Source: a virus
Lineage: Duplodnaviria; Caudoviricetes
Virus record (IMG/VR): IMGVR_UViG_3300025836_000010
Location: 1-61,572 of that record
Reading direction: 5' to 3' (one strand)
Length of the DNA stretch: 61,572 nt
Shown piece after piece: positions 25,496 to 33,572 of this stretch. Position 1 is the stretch's first letter. Every line of letters starts with the position of its first letter. The notes below the pieces were generated by a model that was not told the origin of the DNA, ran no database searches, and saw only the letters and a list, made by a program, of their open reading frames with translations. Position numbers and translations under genes: made by a program.

Positions 25496-25783
25496 TCATT
25501 TCGTCACCCTCGCGGTCCAGTAGCGGCACCTGAAGTCACTTTGCATCGGATAGTCAGTGCGGACGTTGACCCGGGCGTCTCCGTTCAAGCAGAAGCCCAC
25601 CCGCGTGCAGGAATCACAGTTGGCGCAGCAGCCCCGCTCGATCTTCGCCTCCAGCTCGGCGATGGCGGCGTCGGCGTACAGGCGGAACGCGTCGAGCCCA
25701 GCGAGGACAACGCGAGCCTCATGCGTCGTCTTGAACCCACTGATTGTGATGCTGAATCGTCGGTAGTCACCCAGGGCGCTCAT
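25496..25783 (-). CDS. small modular protein (MSALGDYR..ADAAIAELEA + CxxC..C..W domain)
   Basis: Family motif; ATGA coupling. Confidence 0.7.
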   Translation of the reverse strand: MSALGDYRRFSITISGFKTTHEARVVLAGLDAFRLYADAAIAELEAKIERGCCANCDSCTRVGFCLNGDARVNVRTDYPMQSDFRCRYWTARVTK

Positions 25784-26991
25784 TTCGACACACTCAGCTC
25801 GTCACCAAGATGGATGTAGCTAATCTCGTCTAGCCCTCGGTCGCGGCTCAGGAAGTAGACGCTCTGCTGCGGCGTCGAGGATGGGTTGCGGAGCTTCCCG
25901 GTCAGGTTGTTGTAGCCGACCGCGTCGCCGCAGGAGATGGCCGCACCATTCCCGTAGGTGACCATGCTCGTCTGATGAATGTGGCCGAAGAACCAGTAGC
26001 GGAACAGGGTGTCGAGTTCCTGCGTGTGCTTCATCCATGCGGTGCGGATGCCGTAGAACGGGATGCCTAGTTGGCCGCGCAATTCATCGCCGTGAGTCAT
26101 GAGGCAGGACTGCCCCGCCACCTCGAACAGCACACGACCATCGGTGGCGTACTCTGACGGGATGCCGAGGGGGGCTGTGTTCGCCTCAAGAAGGTTGAGC
26201 CAGATGTACTCGTAGTTCACGGTGCTGGTGACCGCGCCGCCCTTGCGACCCTCGGGCAGGCCGTGATTGCCGAACACGGCCTTGCGCCGCAGCGGCACTC
26301 CGGGGAACTCGCCCGCGATGGCGGCCTCGAACTCTGCCCAGCACCGGCCCGCATCGACTACCTGCGCGCCGGCGTCCTTGCAGAGCTGGTAGCCTTGCTC
26401 GGCGAAGACCTTGTATCCCTCGATGATGTCGCCCGTGTACATGAAGACGATCTCGTCGATGAAGTAGGCGCGCATCACGTTGCGGATGGACCCGACGACT
26501 CCCACGAAGAAGAGGCCCTGCCGGGCAAGCATGATGTCCCAGTCGTAGACGTTCCCGCCCGTGTCGCAGGCGCTCACCTTTTGGCCCCCCTGCCAGTCGC
26601 CGATATGGATGATGACCCAGCGGTGGGGCTTGTGGCCGTCCTGGTCGATGGGCGGAACGTCGGGGAACGCGACCGGAGACGCGCAGGCGTCGAGCACTTC
26701 GATCAGGAATTCGTCTTGGTTGCGAAGTTCCTGCTTGGCCGCCCGCAGAAGTTTCTTGGCCTCTGCCGCCTTGGCCGTCGCGGCCTCGACCGCCATCGTG
26801 TCGCGCAGTCGTTCGGTCGGCGTCCTCACGTCCTCGGCGGGTGGGGCCTGTGGCTTGCGCCCCCAGTGCACCGCCGGGACCGCCAGTCCCTCGCCCCTCG
26901 CCATCTTCCGCGCCGTCTGGTAGTGGCAGCCGATCAGGGCGGCGAGGTCGTTGAGGGATGTGCTCGCGTCATAGGCTTCACGTACTGTCAA
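25780..26991 (-). CDS. HTH-fused calcineurin-like metallophosphoesterase
   Basis: GDWQ, GDIIEG, GNHG, THGD, GHIH motifs; N-terminal HTH and coiled coil. Confidence 0.85.
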   Translation of the reverse strand: MTVREAYDASTSLNDLAALIGCHYQTARKMARGEGLAVPAVHWGRKPQAPPAEDVRTPTERLRDTMAVEAATAKAAEAKKLLRAAKQELRNQDEFLIEVLDACASPVAFPDVPPIDQDGHKPHRWVIIHIGDWQGGQKVSACDTGGNVYDWDIMLARQGLFFVGVVGSIRNVMRAYFIDEIVFMYTGDIIEGYKVFAEQGYQLCKDAGAQVVDAGRCWAEFEAAIAGEFPGVPLRRKAVFGNHGLPEGRKGGAVTSTVNYEYIWLNLLEANTAPLGIPSEYATDGRVLFEVAGQSCLMTHGDELRGQLGIPFYGIRTAWMKHTQELDTLFRYWFFGHIHQTSMVTYGNGAAISCGDAVGYNNLTGKLRNPSSTPQQSVYFLSRDRGLDEISYIHLGDELSVSK

Positions 26992-27024
26992 CTAGCGCCC
27001 CCTTGTGGATGTGCTCATAGGGAT

Positions 27025-27053
27025 AGTGTGACGCACCAGAGTGGGGACGGAGG
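27025..27053 (-). promoter_or_regulatory. phage-specific promoter copy 4 (CCTCCGTCCCCAC-N10-CACACT)
   Basis: Perfect 13-mer at 27041-27053. Confidence 0.8.
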
Positions 27054-27121
27054 GGGCTAGCGGGAATTTGGGTTGCAGCGGACGGAGAATTGTGATATTC
27101 GCGCGCGTCTACTAGCCTACG

Positions 27122-27454
27122 TCACGGCGCCCTGACGATGACCCTCCCGACCGCCTCGATCAGCGGAATCTCAACGCCGCCCGCCGTCTTCGTGAGGCGC
27201 GTGAGGATGCGGAACTGGCCGGCCACTGTGCCGCCGAGGTCGATGAGGCGGGCCTTGCCGTAGTTCTTGCCGTCGATGACGGACAGCGCGGCGGTAGTGA
27301 AGGACGCCGGCTCGTCGACAAACGCCGCGCCACGCGCCACCATTGCGGCCTTCGCCGTCCAGTCAGCCGGCACGTAGGTGAAGCCCGGCGTCGTGCACTC
27401 GATCTGCCAGATGACGTACTCGTCGGTGCCGAGGATGTAGGTTGCGTCGCTCAT
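27122..27454 (-). CDS. virion-associated hypothetical protein (possible fibre adaptor)
   Basis: AGGAG SD; ATGA coupling; last gene of the tail cluster. Confidence 0.65.
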   Translation of the reverse strand: MSDATYILGTDEYVIWQIECTTPGFTYVPADWTAKAAMVARGAAFVDEPASFTTAALSVIDGKNYGKARLIDLGGTVAGQFRILTRLTKTAGGVEIPLIEAVGRVIVRAP

Positions 27455-30400
27455 TTCTCGTCTCTCCTGACCGCAGCCTTCCAGCCGCTCGGTTGCATGT
27501 CTGCCTGCCATCCATTCGCGCGCAGCCGCGCCGCCCACACCTCTGCCTGCGTCTCCACCGACCAGCCCTCGCGCAGGAGCCGCGCGTTCCAGCCGCTTGG
27601 AACGAGGGTGACGGTGAAGACCATGTCGGGCCACCACACTTTGCCCTCGCCGCTGACCTTGACCTTCGTCGTGGTGAGGGCGCCGGTCCCGGTCGTATAG
27701 ACGGCCGTGGTGCCGATGCCGGCGACGTTGGCGGAGGTGGCGCATAGGCTGCCCGCGCCGAACGTCCTGGACGTGCCCTGGCCCTGCACCCGCGCCGCGC
27801 CCACGGTGACGGTGCCAGTACCGCTGGTCTTGGTCTGTCCGATGCCCGCAACGCTCGTTGCCGCTGCCGTGACCACTCCGGCGCCGACAAAATGGACCGT
27901 GCCCGCGCCGGTGACCGTCGAGGCTCCGGCGGTCAGAGTTCCAGTGCCGAGCGTCTTGGCCGCGCCCGAACCTGCGATCTTAGACTTGCCTGCGGTGAGT
28001 GCGCCGGTTCCTAGAGTCTTCTCAACGCCCGCGCCGGATGCCGACGCCTTGCCGGTCGTCAGCGCACCGGTACCGCTGACGGCGGACGGTGCGGTCGCCG
28101 TGCCTGCCCCGGAGACGGAAGCGCCTGCTGTCGTGAGTGCGCCGTATCCCGAAGTCTCGCCGGGAGCCGTGGCTGTGGCTTCGCCTGCGACCACGACCGT
28201 GGCCGTGGTAAGCGAACCTGTGCCGCTTGTCTTGCTGCCGCCGACGCCGCTTGCAGTCGCGCTGGCGGTTGTGAGCAAGCCCGTGCCAACGGTCGTAGTC
28301 TTGCCCGAACCCGTGACGGAGGCGGTCGCCGTGGTGAGTCCGCCGAGGGCGATATGCTGCCAGTCGCCGACTCCCGCAACTGCGGTGACCGCGACGGTCA
28401 GCGCGCCGGTGCCGCTGGTCTTCGCGGCTCCGCTACCGGAGACGGAAGCGGTGCCCGTCGTCAGAGCGCCGCTGCCTGCGGTCTTCTCGCTGCCCGCTCC
28501 GACTACGGCCGTGGTGGCGGTCGCGAGGGAACCCGCGCCAATGTTCTTGAGCTTGCCTGCGCCCGCGAGGCTGGCCGTACCCGTAGCGAGTACGCCGCTG
28601 CCGTCCGTGGCCGCCGGGACGGTAGCCTCGCCCGCGCCAGCAACTGCGACACTGCCCGTCGTGACGGTGCCCGTCCCCGATGTCGCACCAGGGGCCGTGG
28701 CCTGCGCGGTGCCGTCGACCGTGATATTGGCCGTCGTGAGAACGCCCGAGCCGCTGAGGATCGTGGTGCCTGCGCCGCTCGCCTGCGCCGCTCTCGCGGT
28801 GATCGCGCCTGCGCCAGCCACCGTGGTCTTACCTGCACCCGCCACGGAAGCCGCAGCGGTTGTGAGGCCGCCTATCGAGACGTACTCGGTGTCGCCGATG
28901 CCCGCGACGCTGGCGGCACCCGCTGTGAGCGCGCCAGTCGCTGTGTGCAGCGGTGCGCCGGCGCCGCTGACGGAGAAGGCGGGCACGTCGCAGGTACCGG
29001 CACCGAGCAGATGAACGTCGCCGCTGCCCGCGAGCGACGCGGCTGCCGTCGTGAGTGCGCCAGAGACGCCCGCAGCCTCGGTCTCGAAGTCGACCTCGTC
29101 GCCGTATGCGGTGCCGCCGGCGTTGGTCGCGTAGGCGCGGACGTGGTAGACGGTGTCTGCGTCGAGGTCGGTGAGCGCGCTAGCGAAGGAGATGCCGGAG
29201 GTGCCCGTGCCCGCGAGGCTCGCGGTACCCGCAGTGAGTGCGCCGGTACCTGCGGTCTTGGTAGCGCCGACGCCCGCGACAGATGCTGCAGCGGTAGTTA
29301 GCCCGCCGACTGCTACGTCTTCGGTATCGCCGACTGCGGCTACGCTGACTGTTGCAGTCGTAAGCGCACCTGTACCGACGAAGTACGCGCTACCGACGCC
29401 GGTCGCCGTCGTCGTCGCGGCCGTGAGCGCACCCGCGCTCGTAAAGTGTACCGCGCCGCTGCCGGTGGCCATAGCCGCTCCGGTGGTCGCGGCACCAGTA
29501 CCGATGTTCCTGAAGGTGCCCGCCGCGCCGAGACTCGCGGCTACGGTCGTCAAAGCCCCCGCGCCAGTCGTCTTCTCGCTGCCCGTACCCGCAACGGCAG
29601 CGACTCTCGTCGTGAGCGTGCCTGTGCCCGAAGTCTTGACCGAACCGGAACCGACGATGGCGGCGGCACCTGTGGTGAGCGCACCGGAACCGTTGGGCGT
29701 GCCGACCTCAGTGTCGAACTCCTCGACGTTACCGTAACTGGTGCCCGCCGAGTTGGTCGCGTAGGCGCGCACGTAGTAGTGCGTGTCGGCGGCAAGGTCG
29801 GTGAGGAAACTATCGAACTCGAGCCCGACGGTGCCGCTGCCCGCGATAGCGGATGCGGCGGTCGTGAGCGTGCCCGTGCCCGCGTCCTTGAGTTGACCGG
29901 CCCCTGCGACCTGCGCTGGCGCCGTGGTCAATCCGCCGATAGCGATGTCTTCGGCGTCGCCTGCTCCAGCGGTGCTCGCTGCCGCCGCCGTGATCGCGCC
30001 GATCCCGACAAAGTGCGCTGCACCTGAGCCGGACGTCGAGGCGGCGCCTGTGTCCAGGCTGCCTGCGCCAGCATTCTTGAGCTTCCCGCTACCCGCGACC
30101 GTCGCCGCGGCGCTGGTCAGCCCGCCAGTCGATATGTACTCGTTGTCGCCGACACCAGAGACCGCCGCCTTGCCCGTGGCCAGAGCGCCGCTGCCGGAGG
30201 TCTTCTCGGTGCCAGCACCGATGGCAGATGCCCTGCCTGTGGTAACTGCACCTGCCCCGGCGAAGTGTGCGGTCCCGATTCCGGCGACAGAGGCAGCACC
30301 AGCAGTCAAGGAGCCGCTGCCACTCAGGATCGTGCGCGTTCCGCTGCCGGATACTGCAACTGCACCGACCGTAAGGCCACCTGAGCCAGAGACCTTCGGC

Positions 30401-31500
30401 GTGACCGCGCCCGCGCCAGCGACGGACGCCCTGCCTGTCGTCAGAGCACCCGTACCGGAGACGATGAACTTCCCCGCTCCCGCTACAACCACAGCGGCGA
30501 CCAGCAACACGGCGACGCCCTTGAGGATGTGCTTTGCCGCGCCGGTCACAGCAGGAGAAGCAACAGTGAGCGCGCCCGCCCCGGAAGTCTTGACTGTGCC
30601 CACGCCGCTGACCGATGTCTTCCCGGTCGTGACGGTGCCGGAGCCTTGCGGGTACGTTGATTCTGTCGTCGCGAAGTCGAGTTCGGCTGAGTAGCTCGTC
30701 CCGGCAGTGCTCGTGGCATAGGCCCGGACGTGGTACGTGGTCTCCGCGCCCAGTCCGGTCAGGGCACTCGTGAACGGCGTACCGCCATCGCCCGCACCGG
30801 CAACGCTGGCCGCTCCTGCCACGAGGGCTCCCGAGCCCGTGGTCACAGGTATGACCGTTCCTGCACCGGCAACGCTGGCCGCTCCTGCCACGAGGGCTCC
30901 CGAGCCCGTGGTCACAGGTATGACCGTTCCTGCACCGGCAACGCTGACCGCTCCCGCTGTGAGGGCTCCAGTGCCGCTGGGAATCGTGTAGTAGACGGTG
31001 ATCGTCACATAATCGACGCGGATGTCGGTATTGGCGTTCTTCGCCTGGATGGCGAACTGCATGCCGAAATCGTCGTCGTTGACCATCGCCGGGGTGAGGG
31101 CGACGTTCCACTTATCGGTTATCCCGCCGAAGGTGTAGACGGCGTCGGATGCGGTAAGCGTCCCGCCGTCTGCGGCATTGTTGTCGCCCTCGGCGGCACC
31201 CGAGGCATTGAGTAGCTGGACATCGGACCAAACGGCCTTGGTCGTGCCCGCGTAACAGGCGGCCTCTGCATTGACGGCGAGACCGCCGATGGTCGCGCCC
31301 GCAGGGATGGCGAAGTCGAAGTGCTGTGCCTTGGCTAGGAAACTATAATCAGCGGCGTCGAAGGTGCTGGCGTCGATGTAGGCGTAAGTGCTGTTCTCGG
31401 CCTTGATGCCCGCAATAGTTACCCAGTCGTCATTGCTATACGGAGCTGTAGCGTTGGTGGTGCTGGTGACGGTGGGGTACTTGGTGACGGCGGTAGACAT
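27451..31500 (-). CDS. 1349-aa Gly/Ala/Thr-repeat fibre-like protein with three embedded FN3 C-terminal halves
   Basis: ~21-aa SGTGALTTGAASVAGSG-type repeats; three YxVRAYAT...GTxY...F segments; globular N-terminal domain. Confidence 0.8.
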   Translation of the reverse strand: MSTAVTKYPTVTSTTNATAPYSNDDWVTIAGIKAENSTYAYIDASTFDAADYSFLAKAQHFDFAIPAGATIGGLAVNAEAACYAGTTKAVWSDVQLLNASGAAEGDNNAADGGTLTASDAVYTFGGITDKWNVALTPAMVNDDDFGMQFAIQAKNANTDIRVDYVTITVYYTIPSGTGALTAGAVSVAGAGTVIPVTTGSGALVAGAASVAGAGTVIPVTTGSGALVAGAASVAGAGDGGTPFTSALTGLGAETTYHVRAYATSTAGTSYSAELDFATTESTYPQGSGTVTTGKTSVSGVGTVKTSGAGALTVASPAVTGAAKHILKGVAVLLVAAVVVAGAGKFIVSGTGALTTGRASVAGAGAVTPKVSGSGGLTVGAVAVSGSGTRTILSGSGSLTAGAASVAGIGTAHFAGAGAVTTGRASAIGAGTEKTSGSGALATGKAAVSGVGDNEYISTGGLTSAAATVAGSGKLKNAGAGSLDTGAASTSGSGAAHFVGIGAITAAAASTAGAGDAEDIAIGGLTTAPAQVAGAGQLKDAGTGTLTTAASAIAGSGTVGLEFDSFLTDLAADTHYYVRAYATNSAGTSYGNVEEFDTEVGTPNGSGALTTGAAAIVGSGSVKTSGTGTLTTRVAAVAGTGSEKTTGAGALTTVAASLGAAGTFRNIGTGAATTGAAMATGSGAVHFTSAGALTAATTTATGVGSAYFVGTGALTTATVSVAAVGDTEDVAVGGLTTAAASVAGVGATKTAGTGALTAGTASLAGTGTSGISFASALTDLDADTVYHVRAYATNAGGTAYGDEVDFETEAAGVSGALTTAAASLAGSGDVHLLGAGTCDVPAFSVSGAGAPLHTATGALTAGAASVAGIGDTEYVSIGGLTTAAASVAGAGKTTVAGAGAITARAAQASGAGTTILSGSGVLTTANITVDGTAQATAPGATSGTGTVTTGSVAVAGAGEATVPAATDGSGVLATGTASLAGAGKLKNIGAGSLATATTAVVGAGSEKTAGSGALTTGTASVSGSGAAKTSGTGALTVAVTAVAGVGDWQHIALGGLTTATASVTGSGKTTTVGTGLLTTASATASGVGGSKTSGTGSLTTATVVVAGEATATAPGETSGYGALTTAGASVSGAGTATAPSAVSGTGALTTGKASASGAGVEKTLGTGALTAGKSKIAGSGAAKTLGTGTLTAGASTVTGAGTVHFVGAGVVTAAATSVAGIGQTKTSGTGTVTVGAARVQGQGTSRTFGAGSLCATSANVAGIGTTAVYTTGTGALTTTKVKVSGEGKVWWPDMVFTVTLVPSGWNARLLREGWSVETQAEVWAARLRANGWQADMQPSGWKAAVRRDEK
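30794..30946. repeat. perfect 69-bp tandem repeat (2.2 copies)
   Basis: Units start at 30794, 30863 and 30932; encodes VIPVTTGSGALVAGAASVAGAGT. Confidence 0.9.
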
Positions 31501-32267
31501 TAGTCGTGCGTATGCGAGTCGGCAATGGTCGGGGTACCGCCCATGTTCCAGCAGACGCCCCTCTCGGTAACCTCGGCGCTGCCCTCTGCAACAACCCAGC
31601 CGCCACTCGCGGCGGAGTTCTCAGTGATGGCACTGATGCCCACGATTGTGACGGTGGGGGCGACGGCGGGGACACCGTACTCCACGTATAGTTTCGGGTC
31701 GCGGTCGGTGCCGCCGACGCCGGTGGCGTCGTTGGCGGAATAGAGATAGACGTCTTCCTCGTTGGGAGGCTGTGTCGTGCTCGCGTGCCTGTCGGAGTTC
31801 AGGAGAATGTAAGTCGTGCCGGTTTTGGCGATGTTGCTGAGAAACGCCGATTCGCCGGTGAGTGCGGTGTAGGCGTTCGTGGGAAAGCCGCCACTCGTCG
31901 CGTATGAGGCGAGTAGAGTCAGTGCACCGAGGCTGCTGTCTTTGACCCAGTCGGTGGACACATCAAGACTGCCGCCCCAGTCTTTGAGGCGTGCTTGGAT
32001 GACGAAGTCCGTCGTGCTCTGGTCATAATTCCCGTAGACGCTTAGGGTGGCGGCGGTGGCAGAGTTTTCGGCCCCGACGCCGGAGGTGTCGAACCCGACG
32101 AATGACTCGTAGATGGAGAATCCGGCCTCTTGACCGACAACCATCGTTGACCCGGAGTCGTTTAGGCCCCCCCCGGATGTCGCCCCTGCTGCGGTCGCAT
32201 ACGTCGCGTTGATGGACCTTATCCAGCCGTCAGCCGTCGTGCTCCAGACTGTGAGCGGACTAGCCAT
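31500..32267 (-). CDS. virion protein (DNRLRE/CBM-like beta domain) ending in an FN3 N-terminal half
   Basis: VGFDTSG...ATLSVY...DPKLYVEY, then PTVT...VTERGVCWN..GTPTIADSHTHD-stop. Confidence 0.7.
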   Translation of the reverse strand: MASPLTVWSTTADGWIRSINATYATAAGATSGGGLNDSGSTMVVGQEAGFSIYESFVGFDTSGVGAENSATAATLSVYGNYDQSTTDFVIQARLKDWGGSLDVSTDWVKDSSLGALTLLASYATSGGFPTNAYTALTGESAFLSNIAKTGTTYILLNSDRHASTTQPPNEEDVYLYSANDATGVGGTDRDPKLYVEYGVPAVAPTVTIVGISAITENSAASGGWVVAEGSAEVTERGVCWNMGGTPTIADSHTHD

Positions 32268-32700
32268 GCGTCCACCCGTGGTTTCTGGCGTAGTTCACGA
32301 CGGCCTCATAGACGAAGCCCTGCACGACGGCGGCAAGGTCTTCCATGGTCGCGCCTTGGTCCGTCTCCCCGTTCGTGCCGGGGACGCGCGTCCAGCGGCG
32401 GATCGGCGGGTTGCGGAACAGGTACATCTCGCCCGCCGCGTAGTCGGGCATCGGCAAGGGGCCGTTTGCATCCGAGACGTCGAGCACGAGGCCGAAACAG
32501 CCGCTCACGTAGTGCGCGCTGGCGAGGTCAATGGTGACGCCGTCCACGGTGAAGGTCGTGTAGCGGCTGATGCGGACGAACTTCGTCCCGACCTTGTACT
32601 CGCTCGTGTTCAGCAGGCTGACCAGCGCCTCGGCCTTGCGGTCGGCCTTCTGCGCGTTTGTGAGTCCGGTGAGCAGGTCTGTCAGGGTGGTCTGAGGCAT
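32260..32700 (-). CDS. hypothetical tail-region protein
   Basis: In operon; GAGGG SD. Confidence 0.65.
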   Translation of the reverse strand: MPQTTLTDLLTGLTNAQKADRKAEALVSLLNTSEYKVGTKFVRISRYTTFTVDGVTIDLASAHYVSGCFGLVLDVSDANGPLPMPDYAAGEMYLFRNPPIRRWTRVPGTNGETDQGATMEDLAAVVQGFVYEAVVNYARNHGWTHG

Positions 32701-32745
32701 CAGCTATCCCTCGCCGCGCCGTAGGTCGTGACGTTGAGGCTCAGC

Positions 32746-33561
32746 TCACTCGTCATGCGTATGCGAGTCGGTAATGATTGGCGTACCCGACGTGTTCCAG
32801 CAGACGCCGTAAGTCGTGACCGGGGAATCTCCTTCGTCGGTGATGTTGCCACCACCTGAGGCCGTGGTGCGCGTGATGGCGGTGATAGCCATGGTGGTGA
32901 GGGTGGGGAGATCGGCGGGAGCACCCTCGGTGTAGGTGGGAACGAGCCGCGGGGGGTGGGTGCCGTCAGCGGTGTAACAGGTGGTGGAGTAGTCGCTGTT
33001 CGCCGGGGCCGTGTCGGCTCGGTAGAGGTCGCAGATGGCCACGAGTCGCAGTATGCCGTCGTCGGCAAGCGCGGCGTTGATAGCGTTCACCATATTAGTC
33101 TCATCGACGGTGAACGGCGTGTACGCCGTCATGCCGTCGCCGACTGCCGGGGTGTGGGTGGCGACTAGGGCACTGGGGTTGCTGGAGAACCACCCCGTTG
33201 AGCCGCCGGTACGCCAGTCTGCCCCCGCAGTACCCGCAATACTCCTCCCGTCAGGAGCTGCACCCCAGTCGAAAGCGTAGATCTCTTCGACCTGTCCGTT
33301 GCAATGATCGAGATGGGTGTACCACGGCGCGTAGGTCGCGCTGTCGATGGTCGCGCCCGCCGGAATGCCCGACAGGTCGAAGGCGAGGAAGTACTCCGTC
33401 GCGTAGGTGGGGGCGACGAAGAGGCCGACATTGGTCGTTGCTGCACTGCTGCCCTCTGGGACGTTAGTTCCCGCGAGCGCGACCGCCCACGTCGCGCCGT
33501 CCGTGTAAAAGTCCTGGTCATCGGGAGAGGTTGTCGCGTAAATGGGATCGCCTGATGCCAT
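32746..33561 (-). CDS. virion protein, paralog of 31500..32267, ending in an FN3 N-terminal half
   Basis: LAFDLSGIPAGATIDSAT...PPRLVPTY, then LPTLTT...VTTYGVCWNTSGTPIITDSHTHDE-stop; GAGGAGG SD. Confidence 0.7.
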   Translation of the reverse strand: MASGDPIYATTSPDDQDFYTDGATWAVALAGTNVPEGSSAATTNVGLFVAPTYATEYFLAFDLSGIPAGATIDSATYAPWYTHLDHCNGQVEEIYAFDWGAAPDGRSIAGTAGADWRTGGSTGWFSSNPSALVATHTPAVGDGMTAYTPFTVDETNMVNAINAALADDGILRLVAICDLYRADTAPANSDYSTTCYTADGTHPPRLVPTYTEGAPADLPTLTTMAITAITRTTASGGGNITDEGDSPVTTYGVCWNTSGTPIITDSHTHDE

Positions 33562-33572
33562 GCGTCACCTCC

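Noticed and set aside
27707-30694. Long plus-strand ORFs opposite the fibre gene (and similar ones opposite the TMP and capsid genes)
   Set aside because: These are antisense shadows expected from GC-rich codon bias, with no SD or protein motifs.
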